Notes under the pieces: generated by a model
Seen by the model: only the letters and a program-made list of their open reading frames with translations
The model's database searches: none
What the model was told of the DNA's origin: nothing
Part shown: positions 19,253 to 27,826 of the stretch, in pieces
Numbering within the stretch: position 1 is the first letter of the stretch
How the letters are laid out: each line of letters begins with the position of its first letter
Program-made: the position numbers and the translations under genes
Assembly: GCA_045862955.1 (NCBI GenBank)
Contig: BTVI01000008.1
Location: 1-64,000 of the forward strand
Reading direction: 5' to 3'
DNA length: 64,000 nucleotides
DNA from: Fimbriimonadales bacterium
GTDB taxonomy: Bacteria > Armatimonadota > Fimbriimonadia > Fimbriimonadales > JABRVX01

Positions 19253-21076
19253 CTACTTCTTCGCGTATTTTCTCTTGGACTTGTCGGCGCCTTGCTGCAC
19301 CTTCTTCGGGTCATAGTGCCAGACCGGCGAGCCTGCTCGCTGGTAGAAGCAGTGGTAACCGGAAAGGATGGACGCGATCATGTTGCGGGTAACCCGCCGC
19401 ACCACGTTCACCTCGGTGACGATGGTGATGAAGTCTGCGCCTTTGTTGTAGCGCGACATCACCTCGGCCAGAATCTCGAAGGTGGACAGCGTGTCCGCCC
19501 GTTCCTGCAATTCCCGAAGCTCCTCCATTCGCTGGGAGCTGATGAAGCAGAGTGGATCGGGCTCCTCCATCCAGCGGAACAGCAGCCGGTTGGGGTCCCC
19601 GGTCTTGTGCAAGGTGAAGACCGCACCCGATTCGATCTCCTGCTCCAGATACCACGGGAACAGCCCGAACATCAGGCGCAGCTCGGTGTTGACCCACACA
19701 GGGAGCTTGCGGCCCTTCGGGTCTTCCAGGATGATCTCCTGTAGCTTCGGCTCGGCAGGCAGCCAGCCGTTCGGAATCTGGGCGAGCGGGAAGGTGCCGA
19801 GCTCCTTGTGGTGAGCCTTCACAACGCATCGCACCTCGTCCGCCAGGTGCTTGTGAACGGGGCCTACCTCGTCGTCCAAGACATCTTGGGCAAGCGCGTG
19901 CCCCAGTTCCTTGCGGAGCGATGACGAGAAAGCCTCCGGATCCAGTTCGAGGTCGATCTCTACGCCGTCGTCGTCGTAGAACTCGTACTTCTCGTACCGG
20001 AGAATCTCCGGAACTTCGTGCACGTAGGGTGGCTCGGTGCCGGGCTTGCGGAAGCGAACGCCACCGACCCACAGCACCTCGGGGCGGCTGCGGAGTGCCT
20101 CGACGACCGTGTTGAGGTCGTCGGCATAGGTGCGCGAGCCAGGCTCTACCCCGTACATCTCTGCCAAGAGATCGGAGGCCAGCGTAGCGTCGTCGCTCGA
20201 AAGAATCTTGGCGACCATCTGGTCCAGCTCCTCCGGCTTGACTTCGAGCGGTGTCGCATCCTCGATCTCCACGGTCGGTTCGAGCTTCTTCAGCAGTCGG
20301 GCGGCTGCGGTCAGCCACTTCTTTGCGTCAGCCGCTGCGTGCCACTTTCCGTCCGGGCCGTAGACGAAGTCGTCGGAGGAATACACGGTATCGAAGACCC
20401 GTACAGGGTCATAGCGCGGTGGAACGTACGGATCGGGCGAACGCAATGCCCTGGAGGCGAAGTAGCCGACCACGCGCGCATCTACGGGCTCGTTCACAGT
20501 TCGTAGGAATGTCAGAGGCGCCTCGGGCTGCTCCCAATCCACCGCAGCGGCTGCCTCGCGGTAAGGCTCCACGTCCGACGGCTTCAGATCGTTGTAGAAC
20601 AGGTCGTCGTCATCGTTTTCGGACTGCTCGACGTAGAGCCACGATCGGAGGCCAACGTGATCACCCTTGCAGAAGAAAAAGTCGTCCCCCTTCGAGACTA
20701 GCCTGCGCAGATAGGTCTCGAAGTACTCCCGGGGCCGGCCCAGCATGTTCGCGCACTGTACGGCGAGCAGCTTCAGGGTCATGGGAGCTCCGAAGCTCTG
20801 AACCAGCCCGACGACTGCCGTTGCCACAGCCACGCGTTCGTGCGCGGCTGCGATGTTGGCCGCCCATCGCCGGTCGTGGTTGACGAACCGGTCGGGGTTC
20901 GTGGCCATCAGGGTGTAGATCTCGTTGGTGTCCAGGCCGGAGCCGGCCAGGTGTTCGGCGATGTCGGTAAGGCGCGCGATGCCGTCGAGCTCGCCGATGG
21001 CGGTGAGCACGAGTCGGACCGCGTAGTCGCGTCCGAGCTCCTCCTGCTTAGTCGCAGTAGCCGTTGATGTAGACAA
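19253..21076 (-). CDS. Conserved-looking hypothetical protein, predicted multiple winged-helix (HARE-HTH-like) domains
   Basis: 607-aa ORF with strong GC3 bias; GGAGG RBS; DDFFFCKGDHVGLRSW and similar repeated motifs. Confidence 0.85.
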   Translation of the reverse strand: MSTSTATATKQEELGRDYAVRLVLTAIGELDGIARLTDIAEHLAGSGLDTNEIYTLMATNPDRFVNHDRRWAANIAAAHERVAVATAVVGLVQSFGAPMTLKLLAVQCANMLGRPREYFETYLRRLVSKGDDFFFCKGDHVGLRSWLYVEQSENDDDDLFYNDLKPSDVEPYREAAAAVDWEQPEAPLTFLRTVNEPVDARVVGYFASRALRSPDPYVPPRYDPVRVFDTVYSSDDFVYGPDGKWHAAADAKKWLTAAARLLKKLEPTVEIEDATPLEVKPEELDQMVAKILSSDDATLASDLLAEMYGVEPGSRTYADDLNTVVEALRSRPEVLWVGGVRFRKPGTEPPYVHEVPEILRYEKYEFYDDDGVEIDLELDPEAFSSSLRKELGHALAQDVLDDEVGPVHKHLADEVRCVVKAHHKELGTFPLAQIPNGWLPAEPKLQEIILEDPKGRKLPVWVNTELRLMFGLFPWYLEQEIESGAVFTLHKTGDPNRLLFRWMEEPDPLCFISSQRMEELRELQERADTLSTFEILAEVMSRYNKGADFITIVTEVNVVRRVTRNMIASILSGYHCFYQRAGSPVWHYDPKKVQQGADKSKRKYAKK

Positions 21077-21204
21077 AGATTCGTAGCCTCCGGAAGCTGC
21101 GCTGTGGGTGAGCGATGATTATGGCACAAAGCGAGTTCGCCGCGGGTCGGCTCGGGTCCACGTGCAGAGCCTGAGAAAAATACGGTAAAAAGTGCTCGCG
21201 GGCC

Positions 21205-21232
21205 TAAAGGACTTCCTCTAACCCGCCGAACA
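21205..21232 (+). promoter_or_regulatory. Putative sigma28 (FliA/SigD) promoter
   Basis: TAAA-N16-GCCGAACA. Confidence 0.5.
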
Positions 21233-21239
21233 TATCAAA

Positions 21240-21310
21240 CGGATCGAGTTCACCTTCCTTCCTTGGGGGTGGCAGGCTTTGCTCTCCTTTCACTGCCGCC
21301 CTCTTTTTTT
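21240..21310 (+). ncRNA. Candidate small RNA ending in an intrinsic terminator
   Basis: 11-bp stem 21265-21275/21293-21303 plus T7; no + strand ORF upstream; sigma28-like promoter just before. Confidence 0.45.
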
Positions 21311-21703
21311 GCCTCGACCCGTTGCCCAGTCACTTTTGCAGGCAGACCAAGACGTCACCCGTCTTGGCCCTCTGCGTAGTCCGAACGAGGTTAGGCCGTG
21401 GACAGGCCACGCCCCCATGCGTTATCATGAGCGAGTGTTGACGCAGGGAGTGAGTGGAACCGAGCGCGATCGGGATGCCCGAGCCAGCGTGGGCGGGCTG
21501 TCCTGGTATCGGCAGGAGACTGCCCCGGCTGCATGCCACGCACCGGCTCGCCCAGGAGCCGCTGAACGCTGATGCACTGCTCGACACCCGATGGCCCCGA
21601 GCCGGCCATAAAGCTAGACAATACGACCGGTTCGGCGGACGCGCAAGCCGATTGCAGGCGGGCTGGAGCAATCCAACGAGTGCTACGTATCGTTAGGCTT
21701 CCG

Positions 21704-22291
21704 ATGCACCCGATCCGCCGCCTATACGACTGGACGATCCGCTGGGCAGGGACGCGCCACGCGCCCTACGCGCTGTTTGCCGTGGCGTTTGCCGAGAGCT
21801 CGGTGTTCCCGGTTCCGCCGGATGCGCTGCTCATTCCCATGGTGCTCAGCCAGCCCAAGGCGTGGCTCCGAATCGCCGCCATCTGCACCATAGGATCGGT
21901 GTGCGGAGCACTGCTTGGCTACTGCATCGGATGGGCGTTCTACGAGTCCGTCGGTCGCCAGATCGTGGATGCCTACAACTTGCACGAACCGATGAAGGCC
22001 ATTGGCGACAGCTACTCGCGGCACGCGTTCCCGACGGTGTTGACGGCGGCCTTCACCCCGATCCCCTACAAAGTGATTACCATCGGCGCTGGGCTATACA
22101 ACGTGTCTCTTGCCACGGTCATCATCGCCTCGCTCCTGGGCAGGGCCTGCAGGTTCTTCTTAGTCGCCGGCCTGCTCCGGATTTTCGGCGAGCGCATCGG
22201 GACGTTGGTAGAGAAGTACTTCGACGCACTGGCGCTCGCCTTCGCCGCCCTGCTGATCGGCGGCTTCCTCGCCATCAAGTACCTCTTCTAG
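21704..22291 (+). CDS. YqaA/DedA (VTT) family membrane protein
   Basis: LYDW...AFAESSVFPVPPDALLIPM...FTPIPYKVITI...GRACRFF. Confidence 0.92.
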   Translation: MHPIRRLYDWTIRWAGTRHAPYALFAVAFAESSVFPVPPDALLIPMVLSQPKAWLRIAAICTIGSVCGALLGYCIGWAFYESVGRQIVDAYNLHEPMKAIGDSYSRHAFPTVLTAAFTPIPYKVITIGAGLYNVSLATVIIASLLGRACRFFLVAGLLRIFGERIGTLVEKYFDALALAFAALLIGGFLAIKYLF

Positions 22292-22303
22292 CGCGGCTCC
22301 CTG

Positions 22304-22987
22304 CTACTCCAAGTCCAGCCGTGAGAGGCTCGCAACGTCCACCGAGGCGAATCTTAGTCCGAAGACCTGACCAAACGCAGCTTCGGCCTTGACGCTGGCA
22401 TCCCCTAAGCTAACCCCGCCGCCCATCAGCAGACCAAGCGACGTAACGCCCAAACCCGATATGCCACACGGAATGATGGACTCGAACGGGCTCAGATCGT
22501 TGCTCACGTTCAGAGCGAAGCCATGGAGCGAAACCCACTTCGATACCTTGATGCCGATAGCACACACCTTCTCGCTGCCGACCCATACCCCGGTGTGGGG
22601 CGGCCTGCGCTCGCCCTCGATGCCATGTTCACGTAGAACGAGAATGATCGCCTCCTCCACGTCCCGTAGGAAGCGATGGACGTCGCGCCCGCGCTCGCGG
22701 AGGTCGAAGATGGGATAGCCGACTAGCTGTCCCGGCCCGTGGTAGGTCACGTCGCCTCCTCGGTCCGTCTCCACCACCTCGATGCCCCGCCTAGCGTACT
22801 CCTCGCGCGGGTAGAGCAGGTTCTCGGGATGAAAGCCGCGTCCGAGGGTGATGACCGGATCGTGTTCGAGGAGCAGCAGCACGTCGGGAATCGAGCCGGC
22901 GACCCGGCGCGCATGCAGGTCGCGCTGCAGCGCCCATGCATCTCTGTACCCCATCCGCCCGAGACGGCAAACCCACCCTTCTCGCAT
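22304..22987 (-). CDS. lipB: Octanoyltransferase (lipoate biosynthesis)
   Basis: LLLEHDPVITLG, DRGGDVTYHGPGQLVGYP, KVCAIG, HGFALN, IIPCG. Confidence 0.95.
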   Translation of the reverse strand: MREGWVCRLGRMGYRDAWALQRDLHARRVAGSIPDVLLLLEHDPVITLGRGFHPENLLYPREEYARRGIEVVETDRGGDVTYHGPGQLVGYPIFDLRERGRDVHRFLRDVEEAIILVLREHGIEGERRPPHTGVWVGSEKVCAIGIKVSKWVSLHGFALNVSNDLSPFESIIPCGISGLGVTSLGLLMGGGVSLGDASVKAEAAFGQVFGLRFASVDVASLSRLDLE

Positions 22988-23019
22988 CGCTTCAGGATAC
23001 CTGCGGTCCAGCCCCAGCC

Positions 23020-23087
23020 TGTCATCCCGAGGGAGCGGCGGTACGACCTCTCGCCTACCAGCCCCTGTCGCATAAGACCGAGGGATC
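23020..23087 (+). repeat. Solitary TGTC-type REP-like element with long loop
   Basis: TGTCATCCCGAGG...GACCGAGGGATC. Confidence 0.4.
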
Positions 23088-23160
23088 GCTCCGACGGGCG
23101 CGGAGGCCGTGGAACGCTCCTTGGCCACCTAGCCGAGTTTACAGAAGTCTGTACACAGAG

Positions 23161-23340
23161 CTAGGGCTCCAGCCAGCTCCACTCCTTGCCCTCCAGACCA
23201 GGCCAGATGTGCTCGTAGGTGTCCACCGGCGGCAGATAGGAACCCGTTATCCCAGCAGAACGAGACATCTCGTGTGCGCGCTCGCTGATCAGGCTCCCGG
23301 TGCCCGCCACATCGAACAGGTCGCTCCCGTCCCACGTCTC
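23161..23340 (-). pseudogene. 3' fragment of a disrupted CxxC...WDGSDLF-motif gene
   Basis: Reads ETWDGSDLFDVAGTGSLISERAHEMSRSAGITGSYLPPVDTYEHIWPGLEGKEWSWLEP*; continues the fragment at 24714-24805. Confidence 0.7.
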
Positions 23341-23731
23341 GCCATCCCTCCACATCCGCGATGTGGAGGGTAGAGTAGCGACAGGAACCTACCATCCCTC
23401 CACATCCGCGATGTGGAGGGATTGCGGATAGCCGGATGTGGAGGGATAGCAGCGGCAGCGGCTCGTGCCAACTTCGTCCCAGGTATCAACGCACACCCGT
23501 GTCGTAAGCGTCGGCACTACCATACCCTCCGCTATACCCTCCACATCGCGGATGTGGAGGGATAGAAGAACGCCCCCCAGTGCCGTAAGCGTCGGCACTA
23601 CCATACCCTCCACCATACCCTCCACATCGCGGATGTGGAGGGATAGAAGAAGAACGCCCCCCAGTGTCGTAAGCGTCGGCACTACCATACCCTCCACCAT
23701 ACCCTCCACATCGCGGATGTGGAGGGATGGC
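23341..23731. repeat. REP cluster 1 (five full copies of CCCTCCACATC-CGC/GCG-GATGTGGAGGG)
   Basis: Forward at 23346 and 23396; reverse at 23537, 23618 and 23702; half copy near 23435. Confidence 0.95.
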
Positions 23732-23745
23732 GGCAGCGTGTGCGG

Positions 23746-24321
23746 TCACGCCTGGCGGAGCGCTGCGAGATACCCGGGCATCGCGTCCATCACTCCTCGT
23801 ACCTCATCCCAAAGTGACCGAGCGAATAGCGCGGCGCTCGACCACACATAATGCTCCGGGCACATGACTAGCCCAGCTCGCACAGGGTTCTGGTGGATAT
23901 AGGCGGCTTTCTGCCGAAACACCTCGTCGGAAGTGACAGGAAAGCTCCGAAAGCTGCGCTCCCAGAACGTTCTGCCCCCTAGTCCGGCCTGCTCCCCGAG
24001 CACTGCCCTCACCGACGCACTGAGCTTGGGCTTGACCTCGAGGGCAATACCCACCTTGACGCGCTGCACGAAAGACGAAGCGTCTCTGTCTACCGGAAGC
24101 GTCGTCAGGAAGTGAATGTGGTTGCTCATGACCACGAAAGCATGGAGTACTGCCCGATAGTGTACGTGCTCAGCGTATAGGCACTCGACCGCCGTATCTC
24201 GGAGAGCGTGCTCTCCGAACACGGACGCGTGGTTGAGGGCGGAGGTCGTGACGAACACGCATCCTCTTGGTTGCGATACGTTCCGCCAGTGCTTGTAGTT
24301 ACCTCTGATCAAGGTAGTCAC
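23746..24321 (-). CDS. REP-associated tyrosine transposase (RAYT, Y1/HUH, IS200-like fold)
   Basis: VFVTTS, AFVVMSNHIH (HUH), FWERSF, YIHQNPVRAGLV (catalytic Tyr), YVWSSA; start at GTG 24321 uncertain. Confidence 0.92.
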   Translation of the reverse strand: MTTLIRGNYKHWRNVSQPRGCVFVTTSALNHASVFGEHALRDTAVECLYAEHVHYRAVLHAFVVMSNHIHFLTTLPVDRDASSFVQRVKVGIALEVKPKLSASVRAVLGEQAGLGGRTFWERSFRSFPVTSDEVFRQKAAYIHQNPVRAGLVMCPEHYVWSSAALFARSLWDEVRGVMDAMPGYLAALRQA

Positions 24322-24428
24322 GCAATCCCTGCTCGGCAGGTCGTAGGCATCACCGTGCAGCGGGAACGGGCGACCCGGAGAACACGCCCTGCCGTCTCTC
24401 CGATCCAGCCACATTCTGGGCACGCGTG

Positions 24429-24713
24429 GCCATCCCTCCACATCCGCGATGTGGAGGGTAGAGTAGTGACAGGAACCTACCATCCCTCCACATCCGCGAT
24501 GTGGAGGGTAGAGTAGTGACAGGAACCTACCATCCCTCCGCATCCGCGATGTGGAGGGCAGAGTAGTGACAGGAACCTACCATCCCTCCACATCCGCGAT
24601 GTGGAGGGTAGAGTAGCGACAGGAATCTACCATCCCTCCACATCCGCGATGTGGAGGGTAGAGTAGTGACAGGAACCTACCATCCCTCCACATCGCGGAT
24701 GTGGAGGGATAGA
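24429..24713. repeat. REP cluster 2: five 50-bp tandem units plus one reversed REP
   Basis: Forward at 24434, 24484, 24534, 24584 and 24634 with near-identical 25-bp linkers; reverse at 24684. Confidence 0.95.
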
Positions 24714-24805
24714 GAACAGGTCGCTCCCGTCCCACGTCTCCGGCCGGATGATGTGCCGCTTGTGCGCCTTCACCGACCCAAGGGCACTGCACTACGGACA
24801 CTCCC
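24714..24805 (-). pseudogene. Upstream fragment of the disrupted CxxC...WDGSDLF gene
   Basis: Minus strand reads ECP*CSALGSVKAHKRHIIRPETWDGSDLF (in-frame TAG inside the CxxC). Confidence 0.65.
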
Positions 24806-25414
24806 GCTATCCCTCCACATCCGCGATGTGGAGGGTAGAGTAGTGACAGGAACCTACCATCCCTCCACATCCGCGATGTGGAGGGATGGTAGCAGCAGTT
24901 CGTGCCCACTTGATCCCAGGTATCAACGCACCCCCGAGCCGTAAGCGTCGGCGCTACCATACCTTCCACTATACCCTCCGCATCGCGGATGTGGAGGGAT
25001 TGAATGTGGAGGGCTAGCTGTCGACCATGTCCTGCCAGTGAACACGCCAATGTCGAGGGATAGCAGCAGCTCGTGCCCACTTGGTCCCAGGTATGAACGC
25101 CCCCTCCGTCTCGTAAGCGTCGGCACTACCATAACTTCCACTATACCCTCCACATCGCGGATGTGGAGGGATAGAAGAAGAGACGCGGGTTTGGAGGGAT
25201 TGCACACTACCATACCCTCCGCTATACCCTCCGCATCGCGGATGTGGAGGGATAGAAGAACGCCCTCCGTATCGTAAGCGTCGGCACTACCATACATCCA
25301 CTCTACCCTCCACATCGCGGATGTGGAGGGATAGAGAACGCCCCCCGTGTCGTAAGCACCGGCACTACCATACCCTCCGCTATACCCTCCACATCGCGGA
25401 TGTGGAGGGATGGC
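24806..25414. repeat. REP cluster 3 (seven full copies)
   Basis: Forward at 24811 and 24861; reverse at 24974, 25146, 25227, 25306 and 25385; linkers homologous to cluster 1. Confidence 0.95.
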
Positions 25415-25698
25415 ACGCCCTCTCGCGTCGAGCCAGCTAGTCAATCTCCCGGCTGCACCTAATCGTCCGGCACCATGCCGGTTGCCGCAACAGCCAACGT
25501 CGCAGTTGCAAGACAGGCGCGAACGACCATCGCCGCGAAGCGGAATAGCTTCGAAACCAGTCCGTCGCACCCCAGAACGGACTTCACGGCGAGGACCCAA
25601 AGTGGGCGCCCGCCGCTGACAAAAGCCCCACCCGGCGCAGGTCGGGTGCGCTCCGCGTCGAACCAAGAGGTAACCGTCATACCGAAGGAGTTCTGGTC

Positions 25699-27753
25699 TT
25701 GCCCACCGTTTCTGTCCGTGACCGACGCATCTACGTTGATGCCACCCCCGTTCCGCTCATCTCCGGCGAGGTGCACTACTGGCGACTTGCACCAGCGAGG
25801 TGGCGCGAGATACTGCAGCGCGTGCGCGAGATGGGCCTCCAGACCATCGCTACCTATGTCTGCTGGGAGTACCACGAATTGGAGCCGGGCAAGTACGACT
25901 TTGCCGGCGCCACCGAACCGCAGCGTGACCTAGTGGGTTTTCTCGATCTGGTGCGAGAAATGGGCTTCTGGCTCTTCATCCGGCCGGGCCCCTACATCTA
26001 CTCTGAGTGGAAAAACGCAGGGGTGCCCGATCGCGTGGCCACCTACCACCGTCTGTCACCCGAGTACCAGGCAGAGGCTCGACTCTGGATGAAGGCAGTA
26101 GCCGCAGTCATCGAGCCCTATCTGGCGAGTAGGGGCGGACCCGTCGTAGCGTTTCAGCCAGACAATGAGATGGACCTCTTCACACACTGGTACGAGAGCG
26201 AACTGGGCCTGCGAGGGGGCGATGGGCTGTTTCAGCGGTTCCTGCGCGAGCGTTACCGCACCGTCGAGGCGTTGAACACCGCATGGCAGACCAGCTATGC
26301 TGAGTTCACAGAGGCGCAGGCCCATGCCGAGCTACCACCCGGCGCAACTGTCGGCGATCGCGCCAGAGTGCTGGACTACTGGCGATTCCAGCACTGGTCG
26401 GTGGCCGAGTGCGTTCGCTGGCATGCTAACGTGTACCGAGAGTGCGGCATAGATGTCCCCATCTACCACAACTACTACTATGGCGGCGACGTACAGAACT
26501 GGCGAGAGCTGTCCGCACACTGCGACTTCCTAGGGATAGACATATATCCGGGAAAGGAGTTCGAGCAGGTCGGATACCCCGGCGATCAGCGCCTGTGCCT
26601 CGATGTCTGCAGGTGTCAGCGCAACGTCTCGCCGATCCCGTACATCGCCGAGTTCGAGGCGGGCGTATGGCACGGATTGCACGAGATGGCAGGGGTGATG
26701 TCACCCAATCATTATAGGCTGGTCTGCTTCACGGCACTGGCAGCGGGCATCGCTGGCTGGAACTGGTACATGCTGGTCAATCGAGACAACTGGTATTACT
26801 GTCCGATCCAGGAGTGGGGCCGGATTCGACCGGAATTGTACAGCGTTTTCCGTGACATTGTGAGAGTGTACGACGAGCTGGATCCACCGTCGCTACAGAA
26901 ACTAACAGACACCGCGGTAGTGGTGGACCCGCTGCAGATCGCCGCGGATCGGAGTCTGAGGAAGAACGAGGTGCTGGATGCGCTGTACGCTGCAGACTTG
27001 GACTATGAGACTCTGGACCTAGTCGTTGGTGATGCGCAGAAACCACTCATCATCTACGCCGGCTCGGAATGGCTCGGACGGCGCGAACAGGAGAAGCTAA
27101 GGCAACTCGTGGACGACGGTGCGACGTTGATAGTGTTCAGGACTGCGCCAGTGCTAGACGATTCGCTTCGTTCACTCGACCTGTTGGAGGTGGCAAAGCC
27201 GACCGGCGTGCTGTCGGCATTGGGCAAGCGCGTCGCCCTGCACCTAGGCGAAGAGAGACCCGTCGTGGAGGGTGCGCTGTTCGAGTACGCGCGTACAACC
27301 ACCGATCGTGAGTGGATCGAGGCGGAGCAGACTCTCGGCGAGCTGCAGGCGGTGGAGAACAGCGACCTACTGGCACTGCGCTACCAAGGGCAGAAGTTCA
27401 CGGTCGGGTATGTGGAGCCACGAGGTAGGGGCAAGCTGGTGGTCTTAGGGGTGCAGCCCAACGCCGCGGTAATGCATGCGCTGCACCGTCGGCTCGGTGT
27501 GCGCACGTATGCGACTACCGATGCCTCGGGAGTGATCACCGCGCTCTTCCGGCGTGGAGACGAGCACTTCCTGATCGCCACGAACAACGCGAACGAGGAG
27601 CGAACTTTCCGTGTACGGCTCGACGCGCCTGGCCTGGACCAGACCTTGCGCCTCACCGACCTGTGGACCGGCCGCGCAGAGACGTTCGCCGGCCACCCGG
27701 TCCTGCACCTCGAGCGCAAGAGCGGCAGCGCTTGGAGACTCCAGCCTGTCTGA
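25699..27753 (+). CDS. Beta-galactosidase-like glycoside hydrolase (GH35/GH42-type)
   Basis: ISGEVHYWR, ATYVCWEYHE, IRPGPYIYSEW, QPDNE, IAEF; AAGGAG RBS before TTG. Confidence 0.88.
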   Translation: MPTVSVRDRRIYVDATPVPLISGEVHYWRLAPARWREILQRVREMGLQTIATYVCWEYHELEPGKYDFAGATEPQRDLVGFLDLVREMGFWLFIRPGPYIYSEWKNAGVPDRVATYHRLSPEYQAEARLWMKAVAAVIEPYLASRGGPVVAFQPDNEMDLFTHWYESELGLRGGDGLFQRFLRERYRTVEALNTAWQTSYAEFTEAQAHAELPPGATVGDRARVLDYWRFQHWSVAECVRWHANVYRECGIDVPIYHNYYYGGDVQNWRELSAHCDFLGIDIYPGKEFEQVGYPGDQRLCLDVCRCQRNVSPIPYIAEFEAGVWHGLHEMAGVMSPNHYRLVCFTALAAGIAGWNWYMLVNRDNWYYCPIQEWGRIRPELYSVFRDIVRVYDELDPPSLQKLTDTAVVVDPLQIAADRSLRKNEVLDALYAADLDYETLDLVVGDAQKPLIIYAGSEWLGRREQEKLRQLVDDGATLIVFRTAPVLDDSLRSLDLLEVAKPTGVLSALGKRVALHLGEERPVVEGALFEYARTTTDREWIEAEQTLGELQAVENSDLLALRYQGQKFTVGYVEPRGRGKLVVLGVQPNAAVMHALHRRLGVRTYATTDASGVITALFRRGDEHFLIATNNANEERTFRVRLDAPGLDQTLRLTDLWTGRAETFAGHPVLHLERKSGSAWRLQPV

Positions 27754-27826
27754 CGAGTCGGACCAGTCCGAGCCGGCCCCGCCCCACCCAAGGTGCCGCC
27801 GGTGGTAAGCTAACCCGCTGAAGGAT

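Larger units (their letters stand above)
23341..24713. mobile_element. REP cluster-RAYT-REP cluster block with inverted REP termini, flanked by 27-bp direct repeats
   Basis: GAACAGGTCGCTCCCGTCCCACGTCTC identical at 23314-23340 and 24714-24740; terminal REPs 23346-23370 and 24684-24708 in opposite orientation. Confidence 0.7.

Noticed and set aside
24322..24543. N-terminal extension of the RAYT ORF and other ORFs across 23.3-25.4 kb
   Set aside because: They run through REP repeats; transposase-like sequence starts only near 24321.
24429..24713. CRISPR array (25-bp palindrome at a regular 50-bp period)
   Set aside because: The linkers are near-identical rather than unique, orientation flips within clusters, no cas genes are present, and the neighbour is a RAYT.
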